The notes under the pieces were generated by a model that worked only from the letters and a program-made list of their open reading frames with translations, was not told where the DNA came from and did no database searches. A program made the position numbers and the translations under genes. Of a stretch of DNA of 64,000 bases, positions 1 through 13,218 are shown piece after piece. Numbering within the stretch: the first letter of the stretch is position 1; each line of letters starts with the position of its first letter. This stretch comes from Octopus sinensis (Eukaryota). The DNA is taken from contig NC_042998.1 in assembly GCF_006345805.1 (NCBI RefSeq), positions 68,510,001 to 68,574,000 of the forward strand, read 5' to 3'.

Positions 1-165
1 TAGCACTGACAATGTTCATGCTCGAATGGTGTAAACGCAGGATTTAAATGTGAGCTACTGCAAGTTTCATGTTTGGATAGTACAGTAATCCAACAGACTC
101 GTCTAGTGTGCCAGGTACTATCCCATTTGCTTGTTTATTTTAATTTTTTCCTTTTTATTTTTTAG

Positions 166-3100
166 ATTCTAAGAAAGGTGACAGTAAAGTCGCTGTCAGT
201 AGTAAACATCCAAGTGGTGACGACGATGATGATGATGGTGATGACGATGATGATGATGGTGATGACAATGATGATGGTGGTGATGACGATGATGATGATG
301 CTGATGATGATGACTCTGGCAGCATTCATGATAGTGGCATTGAAGATGTGAAGTCAGGAAAGAAGAAAGTTAAAAGCAACATCTCTGATGATGATGAGAG
401 TGAAGAAGATGACGATGGTGGTGGTGATGATGACGACGATGATGATGATGCTGACGATGAGGGTGATGACGACGAGGGTGATGACGATGATGATGAATCT
501 GATATAAATGACAGTGACATAGAAGACAGCCAAGTCGAAGACAAGGCATCAAAGAAGAAAGGTAAAAATAATTTTTTCTTTCTAAATTTCATTTCTATAT
601 GGTTACCCAGCCTGCTAGAAACAGCAGCTAAGTCTCCTTCAAATCACACCCAACTGCCTATATATTTCTTTATTCTAACCAAAAAGGAAGTGTGAAGCTG
701 TGTAGCCTATCAGTTAAGATGTGCACCCATTCACAAGATTATGGTCTTGGTTTGCAGATCAGGTACATAATAATGTTCTTGAGCAAGACACTTCATTTCA
801 GAACATTGTTTCATTCTACTCAACTGTAAACAAGTTTCCCTGTAACAGACTGGTATTTCTCTGTGATCTCAGTCAATTATATATGCCATGGGAACCAGTA
901 AACCAGCTCTGTGGGTCGTGGAACTCAAGACAATAACATCCAATGGGTTAATAAGGATTTTTCTTCTTTCTTCTTTGGGTGCCATGTCCAGAATGTAGGA
1001 CATAGGCAATCGTGTCCTGCTACAACTCTCTGTTCTTTGTTTTCTGTAACAATTCCACTTCCTTGGCCAGGTTGGTTGTTTGGGCCAAAAAGCTTTTCGG
1101 CCAGCTGCAGCCAGGTTGGTAATGAAACGGTTAATGGTTCTTCTTCTTCATCATCATCACTTAACATTTCTTATTTGTGGTTTATTTCTTGTGTTGATGT
1201 TTATTCCAGCTCAAACCAACAAACAGCTGCAGAACAAAAAGAGTGATGTTAATCAAGGAAGAACCATTTTTATCAGGTAAATAAAATGTGTGGATGTGTT
1301 TTTGATGGCATCAATTAGTGGTGGGGGAAAGACAAATTTTGTGAGCTTTTTAAGGGTTTTCAAGCAGAGCCACCTTAAGACCCATAGAGGTACTAAGCAC
1401 TTACAAGATTCGGGGCTCCCATAGATATGTAATTCTAAATATAAACAATAATAAACCATAAAATAAATTTATACTTTTCAAAATGAAACAAAACTAACAG
1501 TAAGAGGGAAAAACTGTCCAATCCATGCTAGCATGGAAAACAAACATTGATGATGAGGATGATGATGGTGATGATGACTTCCACTTTATATTTGTAAAGT
1601 TTTCTCCTACTTTTTTTAATTGCAAAGTCTAATCAAATTCTCGAAATTAATCGCACATAACACATCTGCTTCTATATTTAGTAGAGATAAGGCATCCCAG
1701 ATATTTTTGCAAATTTAAAGTGATTTCTTTTGTGCCATAAACAATTTACCATTTCTTGATGTCGTAAGCATCTGCTAATTTCATTTCATGGTCAATCTAG
1801 AGCTGTCTCCAAGACTGATGAGAAGAAGAGACTTGGTCTGAATGAATGCAACAAAGTGGACTCTGCTAAAGGCATACAAGGGCCAGATCATCATCACCAT
1901 CATTATTACATCCATCTTCCATGCTGTCATGGTTGGATAGTTTGACAGGTTCCGACAAGCCAGAAGACTGCATTGTGCTCCAATGTCAGCTTTGGCTTAA
2001 TTTCTACAGTTAGAGGCCCCATTAGAAGACACCTCAGTACTTTGATAATCGGATAAGAGTGTGATATTGTCTTTCGCTTAAATGAATATGTTTGTGGGAA
2101 GACAAATCACTATTTCTTGAAAAAAATTGGCCACAAATATCAGATGTATAGCTTTTTCCAATGTAGATGCTTTTGTGGTTAATCAAATGACCTCTTGTAA
2201 AACAGACAACGCAATAGTATGGTTTCCTTTGGATGGGAACAAAGACAACTGACCACTTCTAGAAAATGCTTTACTACAGACATCACAGTTGTATGGTCAT
2301 CCTGCTGTTTGAGATGACAAATTGTCCTTTCTTGAAAAAGTTTCATCACAGATAACACCAACCACTTTGCAGAGGGTACTGGGTGCCTGTTTCATGATAC
2401 CAGAACACATTCCATATAACTCATACCAGTATGGGAAAGTGGATGTTAAAATGATAATGATGGTAAGGCATGATTTAAAGGAGATTTGGCTGCTACTTTT
2501 AGCTACTCTGACAGCCATGATGAGGTTCTCACTTTGGCTTACACTGCTTTCATTATTAGATAGCTTTAATCAGTTATGCTTAGTTATTATATATATTTTA
2601 TATGTGTGTATATATGTACACATATTGCCAGTACTGCAAGACTGGCTCTCATGCTCTTGGAGTGGTTGGCATTAGGAAGGGCATCCAACTGTAGAAACTC
2701 TGCCAGATCGGATTGGAGCCTGGTGCAGCCTTCTGGCTTGCCAGCTCTCAGTAAAACCATCCAACCAATGCCAGCATGGAATGTGGATGTTAAATGATGA
2801 TGATGACATATGCTTTTATCTTCTATTTAGGAATGTTCCATTCAGTTGTACTGAAACAGATATAACAGACTTATTCTGCAAATTTGGAGAAATTACTTAC
2901 ACTGTCCTGGTAAAGAAAGATAATATTCCTAGAGGTTGGTTCATTCTACTTATTTAATAGTTTCTTTTTTATACATTATTTGCATTATTTACATTTGACG
3001 GATATTTGTCCTCATCTTGTTTGTTAACACAACGTTTCAGCTGTTATACCCTCCAGCCTTCATCAGGTGTCTTGGGGAAATTTTGAACCTTGGTTCTCAT

Positions 3101-6100
3101 TTTGATATTGTTGCTATTATTATTATTATTATTATTCCGGTCACTGCCTGGAATCGAACTCAGAATCTTGGGGTTAGTAGCCCGCGCTCTTGGTGTAGTG
3201 GTTAAGAGTGCGGGCTACCCACCCCAAGATACCGAGTTCGATTCTGGGCAGTGACCTGAATAATTATAATAATATCGAAAAATACCTTAGCAATGAGAAC
3301 CCAGGTTCAAAATTTCCCCAAGACACCTGATGAAGGCTGGAGGGTATATCAGCCAAAACCTGTTAACTGCAAACGATGAGGACAAATATCCGTCACATGT
3401 AAATAATGTACACAATTCCTCATTCTTAAATATAGATCTGTATATTTTTGTGTTTGATGTTTGTATTTATTTTATTTCTTCTTAATCATGAAGTTGATGG
3501 AAATTAGATTTAATGTTTTGTCAGTACAGATACAACAGTTCTGAGTTCAAATTCTGCTGGGGCTATCAGTACAGGTATAACGGTGTGCTTCAGGAGTTTG
3601 CGTCTCAGCCTGGGTTTCAACTTTGCTCCCATTGCGTGCCACGCTGAGCAATTGTCTTTTGCTGTTGTCTCAGATTGACCACTGTCTTTTATATATTACC
3701 TTTTATGTGTTTAAGCCATTGGACTGCAACCATACTGGGGCCCTACCTTGAGGGTACACTCAAGCATATCAGCCTCTTAACCACCCATTCATGTCTAGTA
3801 AAAAAAAAACAAACTATTGTCAACTGTGTTATGGACCTTTTGCAGCATAAACTTATGAACTTATAAAACCCTGCTTTTACTTACATGTTTCATGTTTATA
3901 TTTTCGATGTTTCAGGATCTGGTTTCGTACAGTTTGTAAATAAAGAAGATTCAGAAAAGTGCCTTGAAAGATGTAGTGGAGAAACACCGGTAAAAAGCTA
4001 CTTAAAATCATATTTATCAAATCAGTATAATTGACGTGTTTTAAGGTGACAAGCTGGCAGAATCGTTAGCACACCTGGCAAAATGCTTAACAACATTTTG
4101 TTCATCTTTACGTTCTGAGTTCAAATTCCACCGAGGCTGCCTTTGCCTTTCATCCTTTTGGGTTGATAAAATAGGTCCTAGTTGAGCTCTGTGGTCATTG
4201 TAACCGACTACTCCAAATCCTGAGATTGCTGGCCTCGTGCCAAAAATTGTAATCAATGTAATGTAGTAGTGTTTAATATAATATAGGGCAGTGAGCTGGC
4301 TGAATCATTAGCACGCCGCTACGTTCTGAGTTCAAATTCCACCAAGGTTGACTTTGCCTTTGATCCTTTCAGGGTCGATTAAATAAGTACCAATTAAACT
4401 TTCAGTTAGTGTTCTCAAGATGTCTACCTTTCTCAAATATACTCTGAACTCTTTTGTCTTTCTTCTCTCTCTCACAAACACACATTCTCTCTTTCTGCCT
4501 CCATTTCTCTCTCTCTAACTCTTCCTCATACTCATATTCTTTTTCTCAATTTTTTTCAGTTTCACACTTTTGTCTATTCCCCCCCCTCTCTCTCTGTCTC
4601 CATCCTTCCCTGTTCCTTATATTTAACTACTACTACTTCTACTACTCAGATTAATTCTTTTAAATGCCAATGCCATTTCAGAAAGAGAAGATCTTAAGTG
4701 GTGGTCGCCAACTGTTTGTCTCTGCTGCCCTCTCTCGTGAACAAGTTGATAACTTGAAGTCTTCAAAAACAGAAAATACCAACAAAGATGGTCGGAATTT
4801 GCATTTAGCCCGGGAAGGATGTAAGTTCTGTAACAATCTTAATGAACAAAAGAAAATACATGCTTCTGCTTTATTTTTGCAACCCTTAATAACTTTTTAT
4901 TATGCAGGCATGGCTGTGTGGCAAGAGGTTTGCTTCCCAACCACATAGTTTTGGGTTCAGCCCCATTGCATGCCACCTTGGGCAAGTGTCTTCTACTGTA
5001 GTCTCGGGCCGAACAAAGCTTTGTGAGTGGACTCTCTCATTGCTTCAATAAACGAGGGTTCAGTAAAACACAGCTGAAAGATGACCATTACTTTGAGGCC
5101 ACCTTTGTCTAGGGTCAAAGCTGAGTAGGTAATGGGTGTGTGTGAATATTTCAAGCAATGTGTTCATGGATAGTTTAGGAGTTGGATGCATATGGCACTG
5201 ATGAAAGAGAAATAACTCTTGAAATATGCATATACACCCATTATCTATTTTTCTATTTTCAATTGAATTGTCTACATTAGATATTTTAGTGTACAAGGTA
5301 TTGTAACTTTCAGTGGTGGCTCTGAATTCTGTAGGAAATCTAAAGAGATAAATTTAAAAGTGAGAACATCACTCAGTAAGACACGATATTGACTTGTAAG
5401 CTTGTAATATACTTGGTAGTATATATTAAGGCAGCAAAATGAAATACTGTGTCCCTTGGTAACCCTGTTAGTGCAGGTGCCACTTAAAAGCACCCATTCC
5501 ACACTGTAAAGTGGTTGGTGTTCGGAAGGGCGCACAGCTGTAAAAACCTTGCCAAAACTGACCTCGCCATGAAAAAAGTGCTCTGTCCACTCTGCTGGGT
5601 GGTTGGTGTTAGGAAGGGTATCCAGTTGTAAAAATCCTACTAAAACAGACACAGAAATCTGGTACTGGCTTCTGCCTGGCTAGCTCTTGTGAAACCATCC
5701 CACCATGCTAGCATGGAAGGTAAACGTTAAACAATGATGATGATGATATATAACAAAGAAAAAATAAGAGACAGTAGTTAAATGTCATTTCATTACAACT
5801 GTTTCTTACACATTTTTTATTTGATGTGTGAGTACATTATATCACAATTAAAAAAACCGTATCCAACAAATGATCCATATAATTTCAAGACAATAGGAGA
5901 ATAACCCTGTGTGCAGTGACAATGTCTATTTGCCAGTCAAAGCTGGCCTTGAAAGACCAGCCCCTAGGGGTTAAATACATGTAGTGGTGGATTTTCTCTG
6001 TGTGCTCAGCTTAAATATCTCACTGGATTACTTCAGTACCCAGTATATGGATCCGACTAAAGGTAGTGCTTACAAGTTAAATCAACCCAATCTGGTGCAT

Positions 6101-9100
6101 ACTATTTAAGTACCCAATTCTCTCCAGAATCCTTTATAATATTTTATATATATATATAATAAATTGTTTCGAATGACACAACAATGCACTATAATACAAA
6201 CATTGGACTATAATAACTGTTTAACTTTGTTTTTTCGAAAGCATCTCACCAGTGGTCTCACGAAGCTCCCTGGAAAACTGATTATAGCAGCAACTCCATC
6301 AATTCCTAAGGATATCTGAAGAAGGAATTTTATTCTGAAATATCATATCAGACTATGGATTATTAAATTACAACAGTTATTATTGTCCATTGTTTGTATT
6401 ATAGGGCATTGGTGTGTCATTCAAAGCATTTTATTTTTTAATAACAATACACAAAGCTTCACGCAAACTACAATACTCTCCTATATATATATATATATAT
6501 TATCTGTTTCTTATTTCCCACAGTAATCCGTGTTGGTATGAAAGCTGCTGAAGGCCTTTCCAAATCAGATTTAAATAAACGACTAAAGGTAAGTTTCCCT
6601 TTTTTGTTATTGGTTATTGACCCCAGAATTCAGCTGTGCAAATACACTAATCACTTGGTTTTAATCATTATCTTAACCATCATCTTTGTTTAGCGACTTT
6701 TCTCCAAGTTGTTGGAGGTTAGACAGCTCTAGCAATCAGTGTCTTTAGATCTGACCTCATTGACCATTTTCTTCCCCGTTTTTAGTCTTCCTCCTCCCTT
6801 AGGACCTTCTGCTATCACTGCATGGCATTTCTTAGTAGTATAATGAGCTTATTGTATACAGGGCACAGGTGTACTGTAAATTGTTGGATAAAAAAAAGTT
6901 AAAGAGAAGATAGAAAGCTCCAACCCATTAACTGCCAAATTCTTTCATTCATAATTTTTGGCTTTGTAAGGTGTCTTAGGATTTAAAATAATATACAGTA
7001 TTTAAATTTTCTTATGTGAATTATTTTGGAAATTATGATAAATTTTTCGAAAAGTCCCAAATGGGGATCACTGATAAAAGCATATTTATCGTTTTCTATT
7101 CAATTGCAATAATAAATATTTTAGTTTTTTTTTTTTTTGTAGTTATATGATCAAATGCAGAAGTGTATGAATATTAATGAATGATATAGACAAGAAGTGC
7201 AAAACAAAAAAAAAACTTTTCAAAACCGTCAATATTTTTGTAGTTAAAAAATTGCGATTTATGATATAAAATGTTGTCTAGAATTAGCTAGAGCTAATAA
7301 TGACAAACTTTAACTACTAAATATTGTTAAACACACTTATGAAATTCACTTTAAATACAACAAACTACCAGCAATGAGACTGTTTTTAGCAGATCCCCAA
7401 ATGGGGCTCATGGTAGGCAATGGGTTAAAGAAAGACTGCAATGAAAGCTTGAACTACATGTATAGTATGCAGAATAAAACAGAAAAGTGACCCTTAAAAA
7501 GCCATGAAGAGGAAAGGGGACATAGACACATCGAGAGTAATGTTAATGCATTTTGAAAAGCATGGAAATTTTGAAGGATTCAGTATCCTGACAATAACTG
7601 GATGCTAGTAGTATATTCCATGCTTTGATAATTCTGAGAGTGAAAAAGTCTTTCTGACAACCAAGAGGGCTCTGCTGGTTTTAAAATGATCTAAATTAAA
7701 ACCTCCCATCAAAATTTCATGTTAATTTGTTCCAAACAACTGATTGATTAATTAATGATGTTATTTTACATAGCCGTGAGTGGTGGAGACACTCAGGAGT
7801 GGCTGTGTGGTAAGTAGCTTGCTAACCAACCACATGGTTCCGGGTTCAGTCCCACTGCGTGGCATCTTGGGCAAGTGTCTTCTGCTATAGCCCCGGGCCG
7901 ACCAATGCCTTGTGAGTGGATTTGGTAGATGGAAACTGAAAGAAGCTTGTCGTATATATGTATGTGTGTGTCTGTGTTTGTCCCCCTAGCATTGCTTGAC
8001 AACTGATGCTGGTGTGTTTACGTCCCCGTCACTTAGCGGTTCGGCAAAAGAGACTGATAGAATAAGTACTGGGCTTACAAAGAATAAGTCTTGGGGTCGA
8101 TTTGCTCGACTAAAAGGTGGTGCTCCAGCATGGCCGCAGTCAAATGACTGAAACAAGTAAAAGATGGTGGATAATCTTTTTGGCTTCCACCAAGTCAGCT
8201 GGTGGACATGAAAACTTTTGTGTCTCACTGCTAAAAGGAGTAATTTCTATTTATTCATTATCCATTAGTGTCATAATCATCTCCCTTATATACTTTAACT
8301 GATGGCTTAGCTGCATCCTCTCTCCTTTTTTCAGTCATTTTCAGTCCCGGGCACTTCTTTCACTCATCATCCCTTCCTCTCGCAGTTATCTCCCTTGCAT
8401 ACTTCAGCTGATGCTCTTTCAATGCTTTCTTTAACCCTTTCGTTACCAAACCGCCCAAAGCCGCCCGAAAAAAATTTTGGTTTATGAGACCAAACCGCCC
8501 AAGCCGCCCGAATTTACCTATTCATATTTAAATGAGAATATCAGAGCAAATCTCTTCAGTACATTCGTGAAAACACGTATTATACTTCGTAAACAGTTCA
8601 ACTACAGTTTTGTACAATAATCGAAGTGTAATTTTAATTCCGTGAATTTTGGGAGATTTTTTTCCGAAATTTGTTCCTATTGTGTTTTCAAAATTTGTAA
8701 TTCTGACAAAAAATGGATACGAATTTCATTATATCAAGCAGCGAGTCAGAATTCGAAGGATTTTCTACTGAAGACCTTCATAAATCTAACTCTATGACTG
8801 AAAAAAAAAAAGCATGTGGTATTTGATAATGAATCTGATGTTTCATTTTCCGAAAGTGAAAACAGTGAATCTGAGATCTCCGATAGCGATAAAGAAAACG
8901 AATTGGCACCTGAATGGAGTGAAAATTTAAAAACTGTTTCTTTCGGTGATTTTTCTGAAGAAACTGGACCAAGCCACAGACTTTCCCAGAAGGGTAAAGC
9001 CTTAGACAATTTCTATTTACTTTTTCGAATGAGCCTATTTCAAATCATTACGGCAGAAACGAAACGTTACGCTAAACGTAAACAAAGCGAAAGAAACGAT

Positions 9101-12100
9101 AGTTTGTGGTTTCCCACAACCTTAAATGAAATTAAGACTATTTTGCCATAAATATTATTATGGGTATCAGAAAGTTACCCAGAATAACAAATTCTATCGT
9201 AAAATTTTGTTGTATACCCAATTGAATATTAGCTAATAACCCATTTTCTATAGCGATGTTTGAACAAAATTTTAATAATTTTATATTTTGTGGAATTTAC
9301 CTGTATCTACCTGCAATTAGTCACTTTGTGACAAAAATTATAGTATAGAATTGGTTGAGAATATTTCATTAAATTATCTTCCAAAAATCAGATTAATATA
9401 TTGATAAATAAAAAAGTTATAGTTGTTTAATGAAACCAGACTAAATTTATGATTACATTAGAAATTAATTGAAACACATAAGGGGTGTAATTTGGTCAGA
9501 AATATAGTAACGAAAGGGTTAATATAGGTTAACATAATGCTTCGTGCAGATCTTTCAGTCCTTGCTAATTAACTACAATTAATGCTGATGCCCTTCTCTT
9601 CTTACCACCCACTTCATCGCAACGGGTCATTCCGTTACCCACTTATCTGTGCAGCATCTCCTCACACCATGGATTCACACACTCAAAAGAAATGGAAGGA
9701 ATATTTCATATTCAAACTCAACACCATGCCACTAAGTTTAACTGAACGTTTTTCCTTCTACTCCTTCATCCCCTCTTCATTCATTAGTCCTTGAAGAAAT
9801 GAAGCTAGTATGATCCGCTGGATGTGTAATGTCAGTGTGCACGCAAGACTGAGTGTAAGCGCCCTGAGAGAAATGTTAGACATAAGAAGCATCGGATGTG
9901 GCCTGCAAGAGAGACGTTTGCATTGGTATGGTCATGTACTGTGGATGAACGAGGAGAGCTGTGTGAAGAAGTGCCACTCCCAAACAGTGGAAGGAATCCG
10001 GGGTAGAGGGAGACCCAGGAAGACATGGGATGAGGTAGTGAAGTATGACCTTCAAACACTGGGCCTCACAGAGGCAATGACAAAAGACCAAGACTTCTGG
10101 AGGTATGCTGTGACTGAGAAGACCCAGCAGATAAAATGAGTTTACAGCTGTAGCCTACATCAGTGTCACATAACCAGCCCACTCAAAAGTACCTTGGATT
10201 GTAGGGCAACATGCCTTTGCTTGAGGAGACCTATTGAGTCAAGTTCATCAATATCAAAATCAAATCAAATGGAAATTGTAGTTGTAACCCCCCATGCTGG
10301 TAGCACGTAAAAAGCACCATCCAAACGAGGCCGATGCCAGTGCTGCTTTGACTGGTTTCCGTGCCAGTGGTACATAAAGAGCACCAACCAATCGTGGTCG
10401 ATGCCAGCTCTTCTGGCCCCCTGTGCCGGCAGCACGTAAAAACCACCCACTACACTCTTGGAGTGATTGGCATTAGGAAGGGCATCCAGCTGTAGAAACA
10501 CTGCCAGATCAGGTTGGGGCCTGGTGCAGCCTCCTGGCTTCCCAGACCCTAGTTGAACTGTCCAACCCATGCCAGCATAGAAAACGGAAGTTAAACGATG
10601 ATGAGGATGATGATGAACTCACATTTTGTCTCAATTTTTCCTCCACCTCACTAGTTTCTTGCCTTCATTTCATTTTTCATTCCTACGTATGCAGCTGATA
10701 CTGTCTTGCGTTCCCCATCAGTTGCAGCCAATTGCTCAAACATAGAGGATGTAAAACGCTGCAGTCTTTATTTGATTTCCCTCCTGTCGACTTTAATCTG
10801 AAAAATGATTTTACTCAAAACATTGGATATTCTGCCCCACACAGCAATTACACACATAAACACATTTTATTTTCTATGTACAAATAGATGTACAACTACT
10901 ACTGTAAAGTTTAGTGCTCCACATAGATTATCATAGTCCCATCTGTTTCTAGTATATCATCATCATCATTGTTTAACATCTGCCTCTCCATGCTGGCATG
11001 GGTTGGATGGCTTGACTGAGAACTAGCAAGCTGCACCAGGCTCCAATCTGATTTGGCAAAGTTTCTACAGCTGGATGCCCTTCCTTATGCCAACTGCTCC
11101 TTGAGTGTAATGGGCACTTTTACATGCGACTGGCAAGGGTGCCAGTCAAGTGGCACTGGCATCGGCCATGCTTGAATGCTGCCTTTTTAGTATACAACTG
11201 CTATACTTAGTAGTATTACTTGTTATGGTGCAGAGAACAAATGTTTGTCATCATTGTTTAACATCCGCTTTCCATGCTGGCATGGGTTGGATTGTTTGAC
11301 TGAGGACTGGTGAGCCAGAGGCTGCACCAGGCTCAGTTTGATCTGGCAAAGTTTCTACAGCTGGATACCTTTCCTAACACCAACCACTCCGAGAGTATAG
11401 TAGGTGTTTTTCGGGCCACCGGCACCAGAGCCAGTTAGGCAGTTCTGGTAAGGTGTTTTTAAGTGCTCCCTGCATGGGAGCCAGTCCAGCAGCACTGGTA
11501 ACAACTACACTTGAATATTGTTTTTAAATGTTCTGTAATATAATACAATTAAGTGTTCTCTTGAGGATCTGTTCTTTTTAAGCATCCAGTTGCACTTGGA
11601 ACATCTAATGCAGGATTCCAAACAACCAGAATGGTGAAATGTATGTAAGAACAAATGATATAAACTTGTGTTTATCATCATTTCTCATGTCATGCATTTA
11701 CCTGATGTTGTTATGCAACACTGGTCACAGTGCAGTTGACACTGTTTTTAACTTTTGAATGATGCCACACCACTGGCTAGGCAAGCAGGCCCACGTTCCC
11801 CCTGGATGGGATGCCAGTCCGTCGCAGGGTGGACCCATTAACAGCTGAGTGGGCTAAAGCAACGTGAAATGAAGTGTTTTGCTCAAGAAAACAATGCAAC
11901 ACCCAGTCTGGGAATCAAACCTAACGTCTGGTGATTGTGAGTGCAACGTGCCTAACCGCTTGGCCATACACTGTTACAGTTTCGGTCATTTGACTGTAGC
12001 CATGCTGGAGCACTGCTTTTAGTTGAACAAATCAACCCTAGGACTTATTCTTTGTAAGCCTGGTACTTATTCTATCGGTATCTTTTACTGAACCGCTAAG

Positions 12101-13138
12101 TGACAGGAACGTAAACACACCAACATCGGTTTTCAAGTTATGGTAAGGGACAAACACAGACACAAATAAATACATACATACATAGATATATATAAAACAG
12201 GCTTCTTTCAGTTTCCATCTTCCACTCCTCTTGGTCGACCCAAGGCTATAGTAGAAGATGCATATACACACACACACACACACTCACAGAGTGAGCTTCT
12301 ACACCTACTGTTTATGAAATTCAACACAAATACACACACAGACACTTTATTTTATTGATTGTATTTGATTATAAAGTTTACTTTATTTTCTTCCTCTCTC
12401 TCTCTCTTAACTTTCAGGCAGAAATGAGGCGTCGTCAGAAGTTAAAAGACCCCAATATATTTGTCTCCGATACAAGGCTATGTGTCCAGAATATTCCAAC
12501 ACATGTCACAGACAAACAGTTAAAGGAAGTCTTTCTTAAAGCTGTCAATGACAAGAAGTGTGTGATCACTGAGGTAATCTTTTCATTCATTCATTCATTC
12601 ATTCATCATCATCATCATCATCATAAATGAATTATACTTGTATGTGTAAATGATGAGAACAGGAGTCATGTAATCACATTCATAAGCTAACAGTTGTTTC
12701 TACTATAAACAGCAGTGCACTCTGAACTAAGTGCTTGTGCAGCATCCTATAGCTTCCTCAGAGGTATCAAAATGTAAGCTATGATGGTGATTACATGATT
12801 CCCGTTTTATCAGTCATTAATATATTATTCCACTCTGTCCTTGCTTAACTTCTTACTCTAAAGCATAGGTGTATTGAGTTCTAACTACTGGTTATTAGTA
12901 CTGTTATGCCTAAGTAATGTCATAAAATATATGTATATAACTTGTGTGTGTGTATATATATCATCTTTATGAATTAACTCGGAAATCAGACCAATTCGGT
13001 AATGACGGAATTTTTTAGATATTTCTGTCAGCTTGCTTCAAGACATGTGCTTATAGTGATGAATTAATTATATGTGGTTATTGACGATTTAAAGTCTATA
13101 CTCTACATAACGTATGCATATATATATATGTATGTGTA

Positions 13139-13179
<41 letters not shown>

Positions 13180-13187
13180 TATATATA

Positions 13188-13218
<31 letters not shown>

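Noticed and set aside
326-592. Minus-strand Ser-rich and His-rich ORFs
   Set aside because: Antisense shadows of the RBM28 poly-Asp exon
3321-3365. Idea that sense-strand hammerhead copies were selectively inactivated to protect host pre-mRNAs
   Set aside because: Only four copies; several changes (CGAA>CAAA, ACGT>ATGT) fit ordinary CpG decay, and one antisense copy is also mutated
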